NCBI GenBank assembly: GCA_965204725.1
Contig: OZ242005.1
Location: 928,001 to 992,000, forward strand
Reading direction: 5' to 3'
Length of the DNA: 64,000 nt
Source: Candidatus Latescibacterota bacterium
Lineage (GTDB): Bacteria > Latescibacterota > UBA2968 > UBA8231
Shown here one piece after another: positions 19,629 through 27,435 of the stretch. Both the position numbers and the translations under genes were made by a program. How positions within the stretch are numbered: position 1 is the first letter of the stretch; each line of letters opens with the position of its first letter. The notes beneath the pieces were generated by a model. That model saw only the letters and a program-made list of their open reading frames with translations. It had not been told where the DNA came from and did not search any database.

Positions 19629-20846
19629 CTATGCGTCGAAAAAGTCGGCGTCTTCCGCGCGCAGATAGTGCCGCGCTTCTTCGGCAATTAGATCGACGCC
19701 CATCCCGGGCGCGTCCCAAACGGCGATGTGGCTATCGACCACAATCGGGTCGGGCAAGCCCTCGACGATGTCGTACCACCACTCGGGCTGGCCGGTCGGA
19801 TATTCAAACGCGAGGTAGTTCTGCGGCAGAGTCGCCGCCACTTGCACCAAGGCCGCCAAGCCCAACAGGCCGTCCCCCGTGCCGTGCGGGGCCATGAGAA
19901 TGCCGTGCATATCGGCGTATTCGGCCACCCACTTGAGCTCGGCGATCCCGCCGATGTCGCAGGGATCCGGGCCGATGATATCCACGGCTCGCTTCTCGAT
20001 CAGCTCCTGAAAGTTGTGCCGCAAGTAGATCTGCTCGCCGGTGTGGATCGGGGTCGAGGTGCTCTGGGTGACCTCTCGGTAGTGATCGGCCGAGACGTAG
20101 GGGACGTAATCGCCGGTGAGCATGTCCTCCAGCCAAGCCACGTTGAGGTCTTCGACGGCCCGAGCCAAGCGCAGCGCGTCGGGCACGAGCAAGCCCGGCC
20201 CCAAGTCGAGTGCTAGGCCGATCGCGTCGCCGCAGACTTCCTTCATCGCCCGGATGCAATCGACGATGTGGTTGAGGCCGCGTTCGCTCAAAGGGCCGCG
20301 ATTGGCGTGGAACGGGCCGGCTTGGTGAGTGCCGTAGAAATGCTTGGGCACCTCGGTGATCCGCCCGCCGTGGAAGGCAAGCCCTTGCTTGATGATGCTG
20401 AATTTCTGCGGCGCGTCTATCATGCGCTGCATGTTGGCCGCGTAGTCCGAGGGCGGTCGGCCGCCGGCCTCGGGCGGACGAGCGTCCGCCATGGGAAAGC
20501 GCACTGCGCCGTTGTACACCCGCACTTGGTCGCGGATTTTGCCGCCGAGCAGCTTGTACACCGGCGCTCCTACGGCCTTGCCGGCAATGTCCCACAGCGC
20601 CATTTCAATCGCGCTGACGGCACTGCCCCAAGGCTTGAAGCTGCCCAAGCGCCGGATATTGAGCATCACTCGCTCGACATCGGTCGGGTCCTGGCCGAGG
20701 ATGAGGTCCTTATAGAACAGCACGTGGGGCTTGAGATAGGGCTTGCTCGCCTCGACTTGCCCGAGGCCGTAGATGCCCTCGTCGGTATTGATGCGCACGA
20801 CCGGGTTGTTGCCGATGACCGCGCATTTGAGATCCGTGATTTTCAT
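19629..20846 (-). CDS. Enolase-superfamily sugar-acid dehydratase
   Basis: AIEMALWDIAGK, WLED, TGEQ, GGIAE, APH, PGMG. Confidence 0.85.
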   Translation of the reverse strand: MKITDLKCAVIGNNPVVRINTDEGIYGLGQVEASKPYLKPHVLFYKDLILGQDPTDVERVMLNIRRLGSFKPWGSAVSAIEMALWDIAGKAVGAPVYKLLGGKIRDQVRVYNGAVRFPMADARPPEAGGRPPSDYAANMQRMIDAPQKFSIIKQGLAFHGGRITEVPKHFYGTHQAGPFHANRGPLSERGLNHIVDCIRAMKEVCGDAIGLALDLGPGLLVPDALRLARAVEDLNVAWLEDMLTGDYVPYVSADHYREVTQSTSTPIHTGEQIYLRHNFQELIEKRAVDIIGPDPCDIGGIAELKWVAEYADMHGILMAPHGTGDGLLGLAALVQVAATLPQNYLAFEYPTGQPEWWYDIVEGLPDPIVVDSHIAVWDAPGMGVDLIAEEARHYLRAEDADFFDA

Positions 20847-20904
20847 CTGCTGCCTTTCAAATGGGAGTTGAGAATTGGGGGTTCATGGGTATTCAATGGA
20901 TTAG

Positions 20905-21258
20905 TTATCCTTCATCCCTTGCCAAGAGTATTTCGGCTTTCTGTAAAATCGCATCTACGGTCTCCGCGGGCAAAGGACATATTAAGGTCGCATTTCTCGC
21001 CCACCAATCCATGCTTTTGACCTGATCAGCCAGAATAACACCTATCACCGCCAGCCCCGCGGGAATGGCAATCTCAAAGGGATACCCCTTCACTTGATTG
21101 GTGATTGGGCAGAGAATCGCCAAACGGGTCTTGCGGTTATAGGTTCCCGGTGAAAGCACAACGGCGGGCCGACGACCGGCTTGCTCGTGTCCCGCTTGCG
21201 GATTGAAGTCAATCCACACTACATCGCCGCGCTGTGGGACGTACTCGGTTGAATTCAC
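20905..21258 (-). CDS. mazF: MazF/PemK endoribonuclease toxin
   Basis: RGDVVWIDFNPQAGHEQAGRRPAVVLS, CPIT, DQVKSMDW. Confidence 0.93.
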   Translation of the reverse strand: MNSTEYVPQRGDVVWIDFNPQAGHEQAGRRPAVVLSPGTYNRKTRLAILCPITNQVKGYPFEIAIPAGLAVIGVILADQVKSMDWWARNATLICPLPAETVDAILQKAEILLARDEG

Positions 21259-21497
21259 TATGCTTCACCACCCACCGCCTGTCCGGTATCTACTTCGCCG
21301 TGCAAGTTGTCTGCGGTCACTTGGGCTAAAAGGTCGTCCAATTTCAAACTGGGCGTACTCACAGGCGCAACGACCAATTCCGCACCGCGAAGCGACAATT
21401 CGACTGGCGAATTGGGTTCAATCCCAATCTGGGTAGCGAGCGATTGAGGAATACGCAGGGCCAAACTATTGCCCCATTTCTGTATAAGAGCTTCCAT
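21258..21497 (-). CDS. mazE: AbrB/MazE antitoxin
   Basis: QKWGNSLALRIP, LDDLL, VDTGQAVGGE; overlaps the mazF start. Confidence 0.92.
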   Translation of the reverse strand: MEALIQKWGNSLALRIPQSLATQIGIEPNSPVELSLRGAELVVAPVSTPSLKLDDLLAQVTADNLHGEVDTGQAVGGEA

Positions 21498-21600
21498 AAT
21501 TTTCCTCCTTCCTACAGAACTCCTGAAATTCGTCGGGTGTATTGTTAATGGTAACAATTCCCTTGAATCGCGCTATGCGAGGCGCGTCCGCTTGCATAGA

Positions 21601-21719
21601 TATAGCAATCCTACATCCTTCAAGACTGGATTCCCGCTTTCGCGGGAATGACGCCTCATAGACAAAAGAGACCGGGCCGATCAACATTCCATGCTTTCGA
21701 GTCATTTAGGACTGCTATA
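21601..21719. mobile_element. MITE/REP-like element, family A, copy 1
   Basis: Terminal inverted repeats TATAGCAATCCTA ... TAGGACTGCTATA; internal palindrome GATTCCCGCTTTCGCGGGAATGAC; second copy at 55607. Confidence 0.75.
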
Positions 21720-21721
21720 GG

Positions 21722-24700
21722 TCAAAGCTCCTGTCCTCGGCTCGCCAACTCCTCCAAATTCCACGCGACTGGGATGCGCATCCGGCCCTCGTTTTTGCGG
21801 TCGAAGAGCAGGTAGTTTTCGCGCAGCCCAAAGTAGAACAGGTCGCGGGTCAGCTCTACGTCCTTTTGGCAATAGTCGGCAATCAAGTCCAGCCGCCCCT
21901 GTTTGAACCACCTAAGCGCGTCGAGCCCGTCGGCGCTCTTGGGCGCGTTGAGCGTGGCCCGGCCTAGTGAGTCGAGACTCACTCGGTAGCGTAGCTGCTG
22001 GTGGACCTCGCGCAGAATATCGAGCGTGTTGAGCTGGCGGAAGTCGAATGGGCTATACCCGCGCAAGACCGAATAGTCAAAGCCAAGGATGTTGAAGCCG
22101 ACGATCAAATCGGCCGCCTGTAAGTGCTCTAAGAGCCGGTCGATGTCTTTCTCAAGATACGTGGTGCAACCCTGCTCGTGGCTGTCCCACACCACGCCGA
22201 CCGACAGGCCCATCAGATGGGCTTTGTTCCAGCCGCCAACTTCGGCGGCCGAGCGCTGGGTTTCGAGGTCGAACACGACCACGCGCGGGCCTTGCTCGGG
22301 CCGCTCGTCGGCTGCGCTTTCTTCTTCTTGTTCCCACTCGGCGAAAATCGGCGGAGCGTCTGCGACCTCGGCTGTAGATGGAGTGCGCTCAATGGCCCGA
22401 TGGCCGGTGAGTACGCCGAGCAGGTGGATCGCGCCGGCCTTGTCGAGGGGGACGTTGCCCGCGCCGCATGTGGGAAAGTGGATACAAGAGGGGCAGCCGA
22501 TCAGGCAATCGCAGGTTTCGACCATGGTCCGCGTCAGGTCCAAGAGGCGGTCGAGTTGGGCAAAGCCCTTTTCGGCGAGGCCAATGCCGCCGGGGTGATA
22601 GTCGTACACGAAAATCGCTCCTTTGCCGAGTTGTGGGTGCTGGGGATAGCATATTCCGCCGACATCCGTGCGGTCGCACAAGGCCAGCAGGGGGAAGAGC
22701 GACTTCACGGCGTGTTCAATGGCGTGGATCGAGCCCATGTAGTGGTGCTGGTGGCGGCTGAGGTCGGCCTTGAAGTGGGCGTCGAGCTCAATCCAGAAGC
22801 CTATGGTCTCAACGTGCTCCACCGGCGATTCGAGGGGGTGTTTGCTGAGGACGACTTGGTCGCCGACGCGGATCTTTTCGTAGCCCACCACCTGCGAGCT
22901 GACCTTGAGCCGGCCCAGCCGCGCCATAAAGCCCTGCAACGGCCGCGAGCGCAATTCCTCTAATATCTCGGTATCCTTTTCCGTGCGGGCGCGGGTAAAG
23001 TACGCCACGTGTACTTCCTCGGCGTAGATCTGGCCCTGCTGGGGATTGCGGTCGCCGATCTCGTACTGGCGGCCGCGATGCAAGTAAATCGCGCCTTTGT
23101 AGCACTCGCCATGCACTTGGCCGCCGCTGACCGTGCCGATTGGGTTGTGGTCGCGGTCGACGATGCGATACGACTCGCCGATGGTGCGCATGTTGACCAA
23201 GCGGTGCGGCTGCTTGCGGGCGGCAAACCAAGCGTCGCCCTCGGCATTCTGCAGCAGCGCCCCCTCCTCAGTCAGCGCGTCAAGGGTCGCCCGATAGTTG
23301 GGCAGCGCGTACTCGGGTTCGCCGGCCGCGAGGGGGAGCTCGCGCGCCGCACACGCGAGGTGGTTTTTGAGGATGTACTGATTAGTCGGGTCCACTACGG
23401 CGTCCTCCAAATCGCGAGTAAAAAACTCCTTGGGGTGCCGCATAAAATACTGATCGAGCGCGTCGGGAGACGCGATGAGGAGGATTAGGGACTCGCGGCC
23501 AGCGCGGCCCACGCGGCCGGCACGCTGCCAAGTGTTGATGATAGAACCCGGATACCCCACCAACACGCAAATATCCAAGCCGCCGATGTCAATGCCCAAC
23601 TCCAAGGCCGACGTGGCGACCACGCCCATGAGTTGGCCGGCGTTGAGTGCCTGCTCAATCTGGCGGCGCTCGCTGGGCAAATAGCCCGCGCGATACGAGG
23701 AAATCCGCGCCTGCAAGTCGGGGCGGCTCTGGGTGGCCCAGCGGTACACGAGCTCGGTGGTGATGCGGGCGCGGGTAAAGACAATCGTGCGATAGTCCTT
23801 GAGTACGCTGGCGCGCAGCACGTGCGCCGCGAGGGTGTTGGGGCTTTCGCTCGGGTTGACAAACACAAAGTGGCGCGTCGCGGCCGGCGCGCCATGGTCC
23901 TCAATCGCGCAAAAGGAGCGGTTGAGCAACTCGCCCGCTAGCTCGCGGGGGTTGCCCATCGTCGCCGAGCTGGTGATGTACACCGGATCGGCCCCGTAGT
24001 GCGCACAGATGCGGTTCAAGCGGCGAAAGAGGTGCAGCACGTGGGAGCCAAAGACGCCGCTGTACGCGTGCAATTCGTCGATGACCACGTAGCGCAGGCG
24101 AGCGAAAAAGCCGGCCCAAGCCTCGTGGAAGGCGAGGATGCCCGAATGCAGCATGTCCGGCGTGGTGAAAAGCACCTGCGGCGGCGTGGTGCGAATTTGC
24201 CGGCGGCGGTGGGCCGGGGTGTCGCCGTCGTAAATAGCCGCTTTCAGGGTGCCTCCCAAGCCCAGCATCAAGCCGTTTAACTCGTCGAACTGATCCTGCT
24301 CTAGGGCCTTGAGCGGGAAGATGTAGAGCGCGTGCGCGTCCGGGTCGTTGAGCAGCGTGGCCAGTACGGGTGCGTTGTACACTAAGGTCTTGCCCGAAGC
24401 CGTGGGCGTGGCTAGGGCCAAGTGCTGGCCTGCCAACACTTTTTGGATGCCCTCGGCTTGGTGCGTATAGAGCGCGGGAATGCGGGCGATTTTGAGGATG
24501 CGGGCCAAGGCCGGAGGCAGGCCCGATACGTCGCGGACTAGGCGCGCCGGGCGCGCCGGCAAGGTCTGGTGATGGACGACCTCGTTGCCCAAGATGCGGC
24601 GTTTGAGAAAGCGGATGTGCTCGGCGAGCCCCTCGGCGTCGCAGATCAAGGCTTGGTTTCCTGAAACAGGGTGGCGAAAACGAGCGGGGCGGAGAGTGAG

Positions 24701-24754
24701 AATAGCGAAGCCGTTGGAATGGGGCAAGGCGGGCGGCAGCAAACCCCTTCGCAT
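21722..24754 (-). CDS. MrfA/YprA/SftH-like DExH helicase with DUF1998 Zn domain, fused to a C-terminal DEDD (RNase_H_2/YprB-like) exonuclease
   Basis: TPTASGKT, DELH, SAT, TSALELGIDIG, QRAGRVGR, CDC..GCPSC; then FDLET, GFNILGFD, YCQKD. True start is probably downstream of 24754. Confidence 0.85.
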   Translation of the reverse strand: MRRGLLPPALPHSNGFAILTLRPARFRHPVSGNQALICDAEGLAEHIRFLKRRILGNEVVHHQTLPARPARLVRDVSGLPPALARILKIARIPALYTHQAEGIQKVLAGQHLALATPTASGKTLVYNAPVLATLLNDPDAHALYIFPLKALEQDQFDELNGLMLGLGGTLKAAIYDGDTPAHRRRQIRTTPPQVLFTTPDMLHSGILAFHEAWAGFFARLRYVVIDELHAYSGVFGSHVLHLFRRLNRICAHYGADPVYITSSATMGNPRELAGELLNRSFCAIEDHGAPAATRHFVFVNPSESPNTLAAHVLRASVLKDYRTIVFTRARITTELVYRWATQSRPDLQARISSYRAGYLPSERRQIEQALNAGQLMGVVATSALELGIDIGGLDICVLVGYPGSIINTWQRAGRVGRAGRESLILLIASPDALDQYFMRHPKEFFTRDLEDAVVDPTNQYILKNHLACAARELPLAAGEPEYALPNYRATLDALTEEGALLQNAEGDAWFAARKQPHRLVNMRTIGESYRIVDRDHNPIGTVSGGQVHGECYKGAIYLHRGRQYEIGDRNPQQGQIYAEEVHVAYFTRARTEKDTEILEELRSRPLQGFMARLGRLKVSSQVVGYEKIRVGDQVVLSKHPLESPVEHVETIGFWIELDAHFKADLSRHQHHYMGSIHAIEHAVKSLFPLLALCDRTDVGGICYPQHPQLGKGAIFVYDYHPGGIGLAEKGFAQLDRLLDLTRTMVETCDCLIGCPSCIHFPTCGAGNVPLDKAGAIHLLGVLTGHRAIERTPSTAEVADAPPIFAEWEQEEESAADERPEQGPRVVVFDLETQRSAAEVGGWNKAHLMGLSVGVVWDSHEQGCTTYLEKDIDRLLEHLQAADLIVGFNILGFDYSVLRGYSPFDFRQLNTLDILREVHQQLRYRVSLDSLGRATLNAPKSADGLDALRWFKQGRLDLIADYCQKDVELTRDLFYFGLRENYLLFDRKNEGRMRIPVAWNLEELASRGQEL

Positions 24755-24768
24755 CTCAGGACAGCAGT

Positions 24769-25941
24769 TTATCGAAAAATGTGCCCCACGTCGGTAAAAT
24801 GCCGCACGCTGGCATGGGACAGTTCCGGGGTGAGATGGCCGGCGTAGATGACGTAGCCTTTCTGGGTGGAGGCCGCGATCTGCTGGAACTGCGCGATCCC
24901 TTTGGCAAACTCTGGATGAAACGTCATGGCCGATTTGATTTCAATGGGGATTAACTGCCTGTTTTGCCGGAACAACAAATCGACTTCGTGGCCTTTGTTG
25001 TCGCGGTAAAAGTAGAGTTCAGGTTCTTTTCCCGCGTTGAGTCTGGCTTTCAAGGCTTCGATGACGATCATGTTTTCAAAGAGATTGCCGATCAGTGGAT
25101 CCCGGGCCGCCAGCGCGGGCGATTCAATGCCGAGCAAGTAGGACGCGAGCCCGACCTCGGTAAAATAGATTTTGGGCGATTTGACGATGCGTTTGCCAAA
25201 GTTTTCAAAATAGGGCTTCAACCTGAAAACGGTGTGCGATGCTTCGAGTACCGAGAGCCATTCTTTGAGCGTGGTGCTCGACACCCCCACGTCGTTGGCC
25301 AGCGAACTCAGATTCAAAACTTGGCCGACGCGGCCGGCGAGCAGGCGCGTGAAATGCTCAAAATCGGTCAGGCTCCTCAGATGGATCATTTGCCTAACGT
25401 CGCGCTCGATATAGGTTTGACAGTAATTTCGGTACAGGCGAGTCGGATTGACTTTTTCGCTGTACAGGCGGGGCATAAAGCCCTGATAGATCCATTCGTC
25501 GCGCGTGTGTTTGATGCGGGTCGCTTTGAGTTCGGCTATCGACAAGGGGAGCAGGCGCAAGAGGGCCGTGCGTCCGGCGAGGGATTGAGCAACGGTTTCT
25601 TGCAGACGCAACTGGTGGTGGCCGGTGAGAATGTATTGCCCGCGTTGCTGGCTGCTGTCCGCGAGGACTTGGATGGTTGAGAGCAGTTCGGGTACGCGCT
25701 GAATTTCGTCGATAATAACGGGCGGGGGAAATTGCGAGAAGAACGCGTGGGGATCGCTCATCGCCAGCCGGCGCACATCAGGTGCTTCGAGGTTTGCATA
25801 AGCGTAATTTGGAAACTGCATCCGCGCCAACGTGGTTTTTCCCGCTTGCCGTGGACCGATGATGGTCACCACGGGAAATTCGCTTGCCGTCGCGACCAAT
25901 TCTCTGGCAATTTGTCGCAAAATCACGGTTTTAAGCTCCAT
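24769..25941 (-). CDS. AAA+ ATPase (AAA_14) with C-terminal DUF4143/PD-(D/E)xK domain
   Basis: GPRQAGKTT, IIDEIQRVP, KSPKIYF, FEN, EVDLL..PIEIKS. Confidence 0.85.
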   Translation of the reverse strand: MELKTVILRQIARELVATASEFPVVTIIGPRQAGKTTLARMQFPNYAYANLEAPDVRRLAMSDPHAFFSQFPPPVIIDEIQRVPELLSTIQVLADSSQQRGQYILTGHHQLRLQETVAQSLAGRTALLRLLPLSIAELKATRIKHTRDEWIYQGFMPRLYSEKVNPTRLYRNYCQTYIERDVRQMIHLRSLTDFEHFTRLLAGRVGQVLNLSSLANDVGVSSTTLKEWLSVLEASHTVFRLKPYFENFGKRIVKSPKIYFTEVGLASYLLGIESPALAARDPLIGNLFENMIVIEALKARLNAGKEPELYFYRDNKGHEVDLLFRQNRQLIPIEIKSAMTFHPEFAKGIAQFQQIAASTQKGYVIYAGHLTPELSHASVRHFTDVGHIFR

Positions 25942-26073
25942 TCGCGTTGATGCTACGCGAGGAGAAAATAAAAGGATCGGTACAGATCTCAAGTTACACT
26001 TGAAATTTGTACCGATTTTCAGGCATACCAGTTGCCGCGCAACTTGGAAGTTGATGGCCGCGAACCCGTCGTT

Positions 26074-26111
26074 TGCTTGACAAATAAAGCAAATGCTCTA
26101 CATTCTAAGCA
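26074..26111 (+). promoter_or_regulatory. sigma70-like promoter overlapped by two tandem palindromic operators
   Basis: TTGACA 26077-26082, 16-bp spacer, TACATT 26099-26104; TGCT-N10-AGCA at 26074-26091 and 26094-26111. Confidence 0.65.
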
Positions 26112-26142
26112 TATTAGTTGAAAGGCCGGAGGTCATGTGAGC

Positions 26143-26487
26143 ATGAGTCACGAAGAGCAACTCGGTTCCTACCTCAAACGCGCTCGGAATACTGCGGGTC
26201 TGACGCTGCGGGCGGTTGAAGGGGAGACCGGTATATCTAACGGATACCTTAGCCAACTCGAGAGTGGCCAAGTGCGGCGTCCATCGCCGATGAACTTGCA
26301 CAAGCTGAGCGAACTCTATCGGCTACCCTATGCTGAAGTGATGGAAGCAGCAGGGTATCCTATACCTTCGACTCAATACAGCAACGAAGAACAGCGGTTC
26401 TTCGCGAGGCTTGGGGAGACTTCTAATGAAGAGAAAGAGGCACTGCTGGAGTATTTGGAGTTCATGCGAACTCGGAGAAAGCGGTAA
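26143..26487 (+). CDS. XRE-family HTH transcriptional regulator
   Basis: LKRARNTAGLTLRAVEGETGISNGYLSQLESG..PS; GGAGG RBS; start is GTG 26137 or ATG 26143. Confidence 0.9.
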   Translation: MSHEEQLGSYLKRARNTAGLTLRAVEGETGISNGYLSQLESGQVRRPSPMNLHKLSELYRLPYAEVMEAAGYPIPSTQYSNEEQRFFARLGETSNEEKEALLEYLEFMRTRRKR

Positions 26488-26493
26488 CACATA

Positions 26494-27435
26494 ATGAGGT
26501 GGTCAGTGTCGAAGGCAAAGCAGTTCCAACGTTGTCAACGCCAGTGGTACTACAAGGAGATCGTCGGACGCCACTCTGCACCGGCGGGCAGTACTCGGCG
26601 TGAAGTCTATCTCCTCGGATTGCTGAAAAGTATCAGCCAGTGGCGCGGAGATATAGTCGATAACGTCCTCACTAGGGCCTTTCTCACTTGGCACAAGCAC
26701 CAGGTACGGCTCGATCCCGAAAAGATAATCTTCAATGCACGACGACAGTTTGATGAGCAGCTTGCCGTTGCAAGAGAGCATCACCTGCACAAGCCGGGTC
26801 TCACTCCATCGAAGTGGGAAAATTTCGTCGCATTCAGATGCATGGAATACGACAAGTCCATCCCGCAAGATGAACTGGATGCGGCTTGGCAAGAGATCGA
26901 ACAGGCGATCCGGAATCTATTCGAGATGCGCCCCGTTGCTGAGGCTATGCAGGGTACCAATGCGCTGGTAGCGCAACGCTCGTTGCAGTTCCAGCACTCG
27001 GACATGAACGTAGTAGCCAAGCCCGATTTGGTGGTCTTCTCCAAAGAAAGGCCACCCGTGATCATCGACTGGAAGGTGCATGCTTTCGGTGTTCAAGAGG
27101 CTTGGTTACAGCTTGGCATCTATGCCCTTGCTCTTTCACGTGCGAAACCGCACAAGGATTTTCCCCAAGATTGCTGCTCGTGGGCACCTACCGACGTTAA
27201 ACTCCTCGAAGTGCAATTGCTCAAGCAGGATTTAAGGGAATACCAGCTTTCCAAGAGGGATGTTACCCGTCTGGAAAACCATATCGCCACGACAGCGTAT
27301 GAGATGCTGTCTGCTGTCGGAACCGTGCGACCGAAATATGAGGACTTGATCCCCGAAGACTTCACTGTGACGCGCTATCCGACTACGTGCCAACAGTGTT
27401 CATACAAACGCGTTTGCTGGGAGGGAGAGGCATGA
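26494..27435 (+). CDS. Cas4/AddB-like PD-(D/E)xK nuclease with putative Fe-S cluster
   Basis: WSVS..FQRCQRQWYY (one N-terminal Cys), KPDLV...IIDWK, QLGIY, C-terminal CQQCSYKRVC. Confidence 0.85.
   Translation: MRWSVSKAKQFQRCQRQWYYKEIVGRHSAPAGSTRREVYLLGLLKSISQWRGDIVDNVLTRAFLTWHKHQVRLDPEKIIFNARRQFDEQLAVAREHHLHKPGLTPSKWENFVAFRCMEYDKSIPQDELDAAWQEIEQAIRNLFEMRPVAEAMQGTNALVAQRSLQFQHSDMNVVAKPDLVVFSKERPPVIIDWKVHAFGVQEAWLQLGIYALALSRAKPHKDFPQDCCSWAPTDVKLLEVQLLKQDLREYQLSKRDVTRLENHIATTAYEMLSAVGTVRPKYEDLIPEDFTVTRYPTTCQQCSYKRVCWEGEA

Noticed and set aside
26494-27435. CRISPR-Cas locus suggested by the Cas4-like gene
   Set aside because: No cas1/cas2 and no regularly spaced repeat-spacer array seen in the window.
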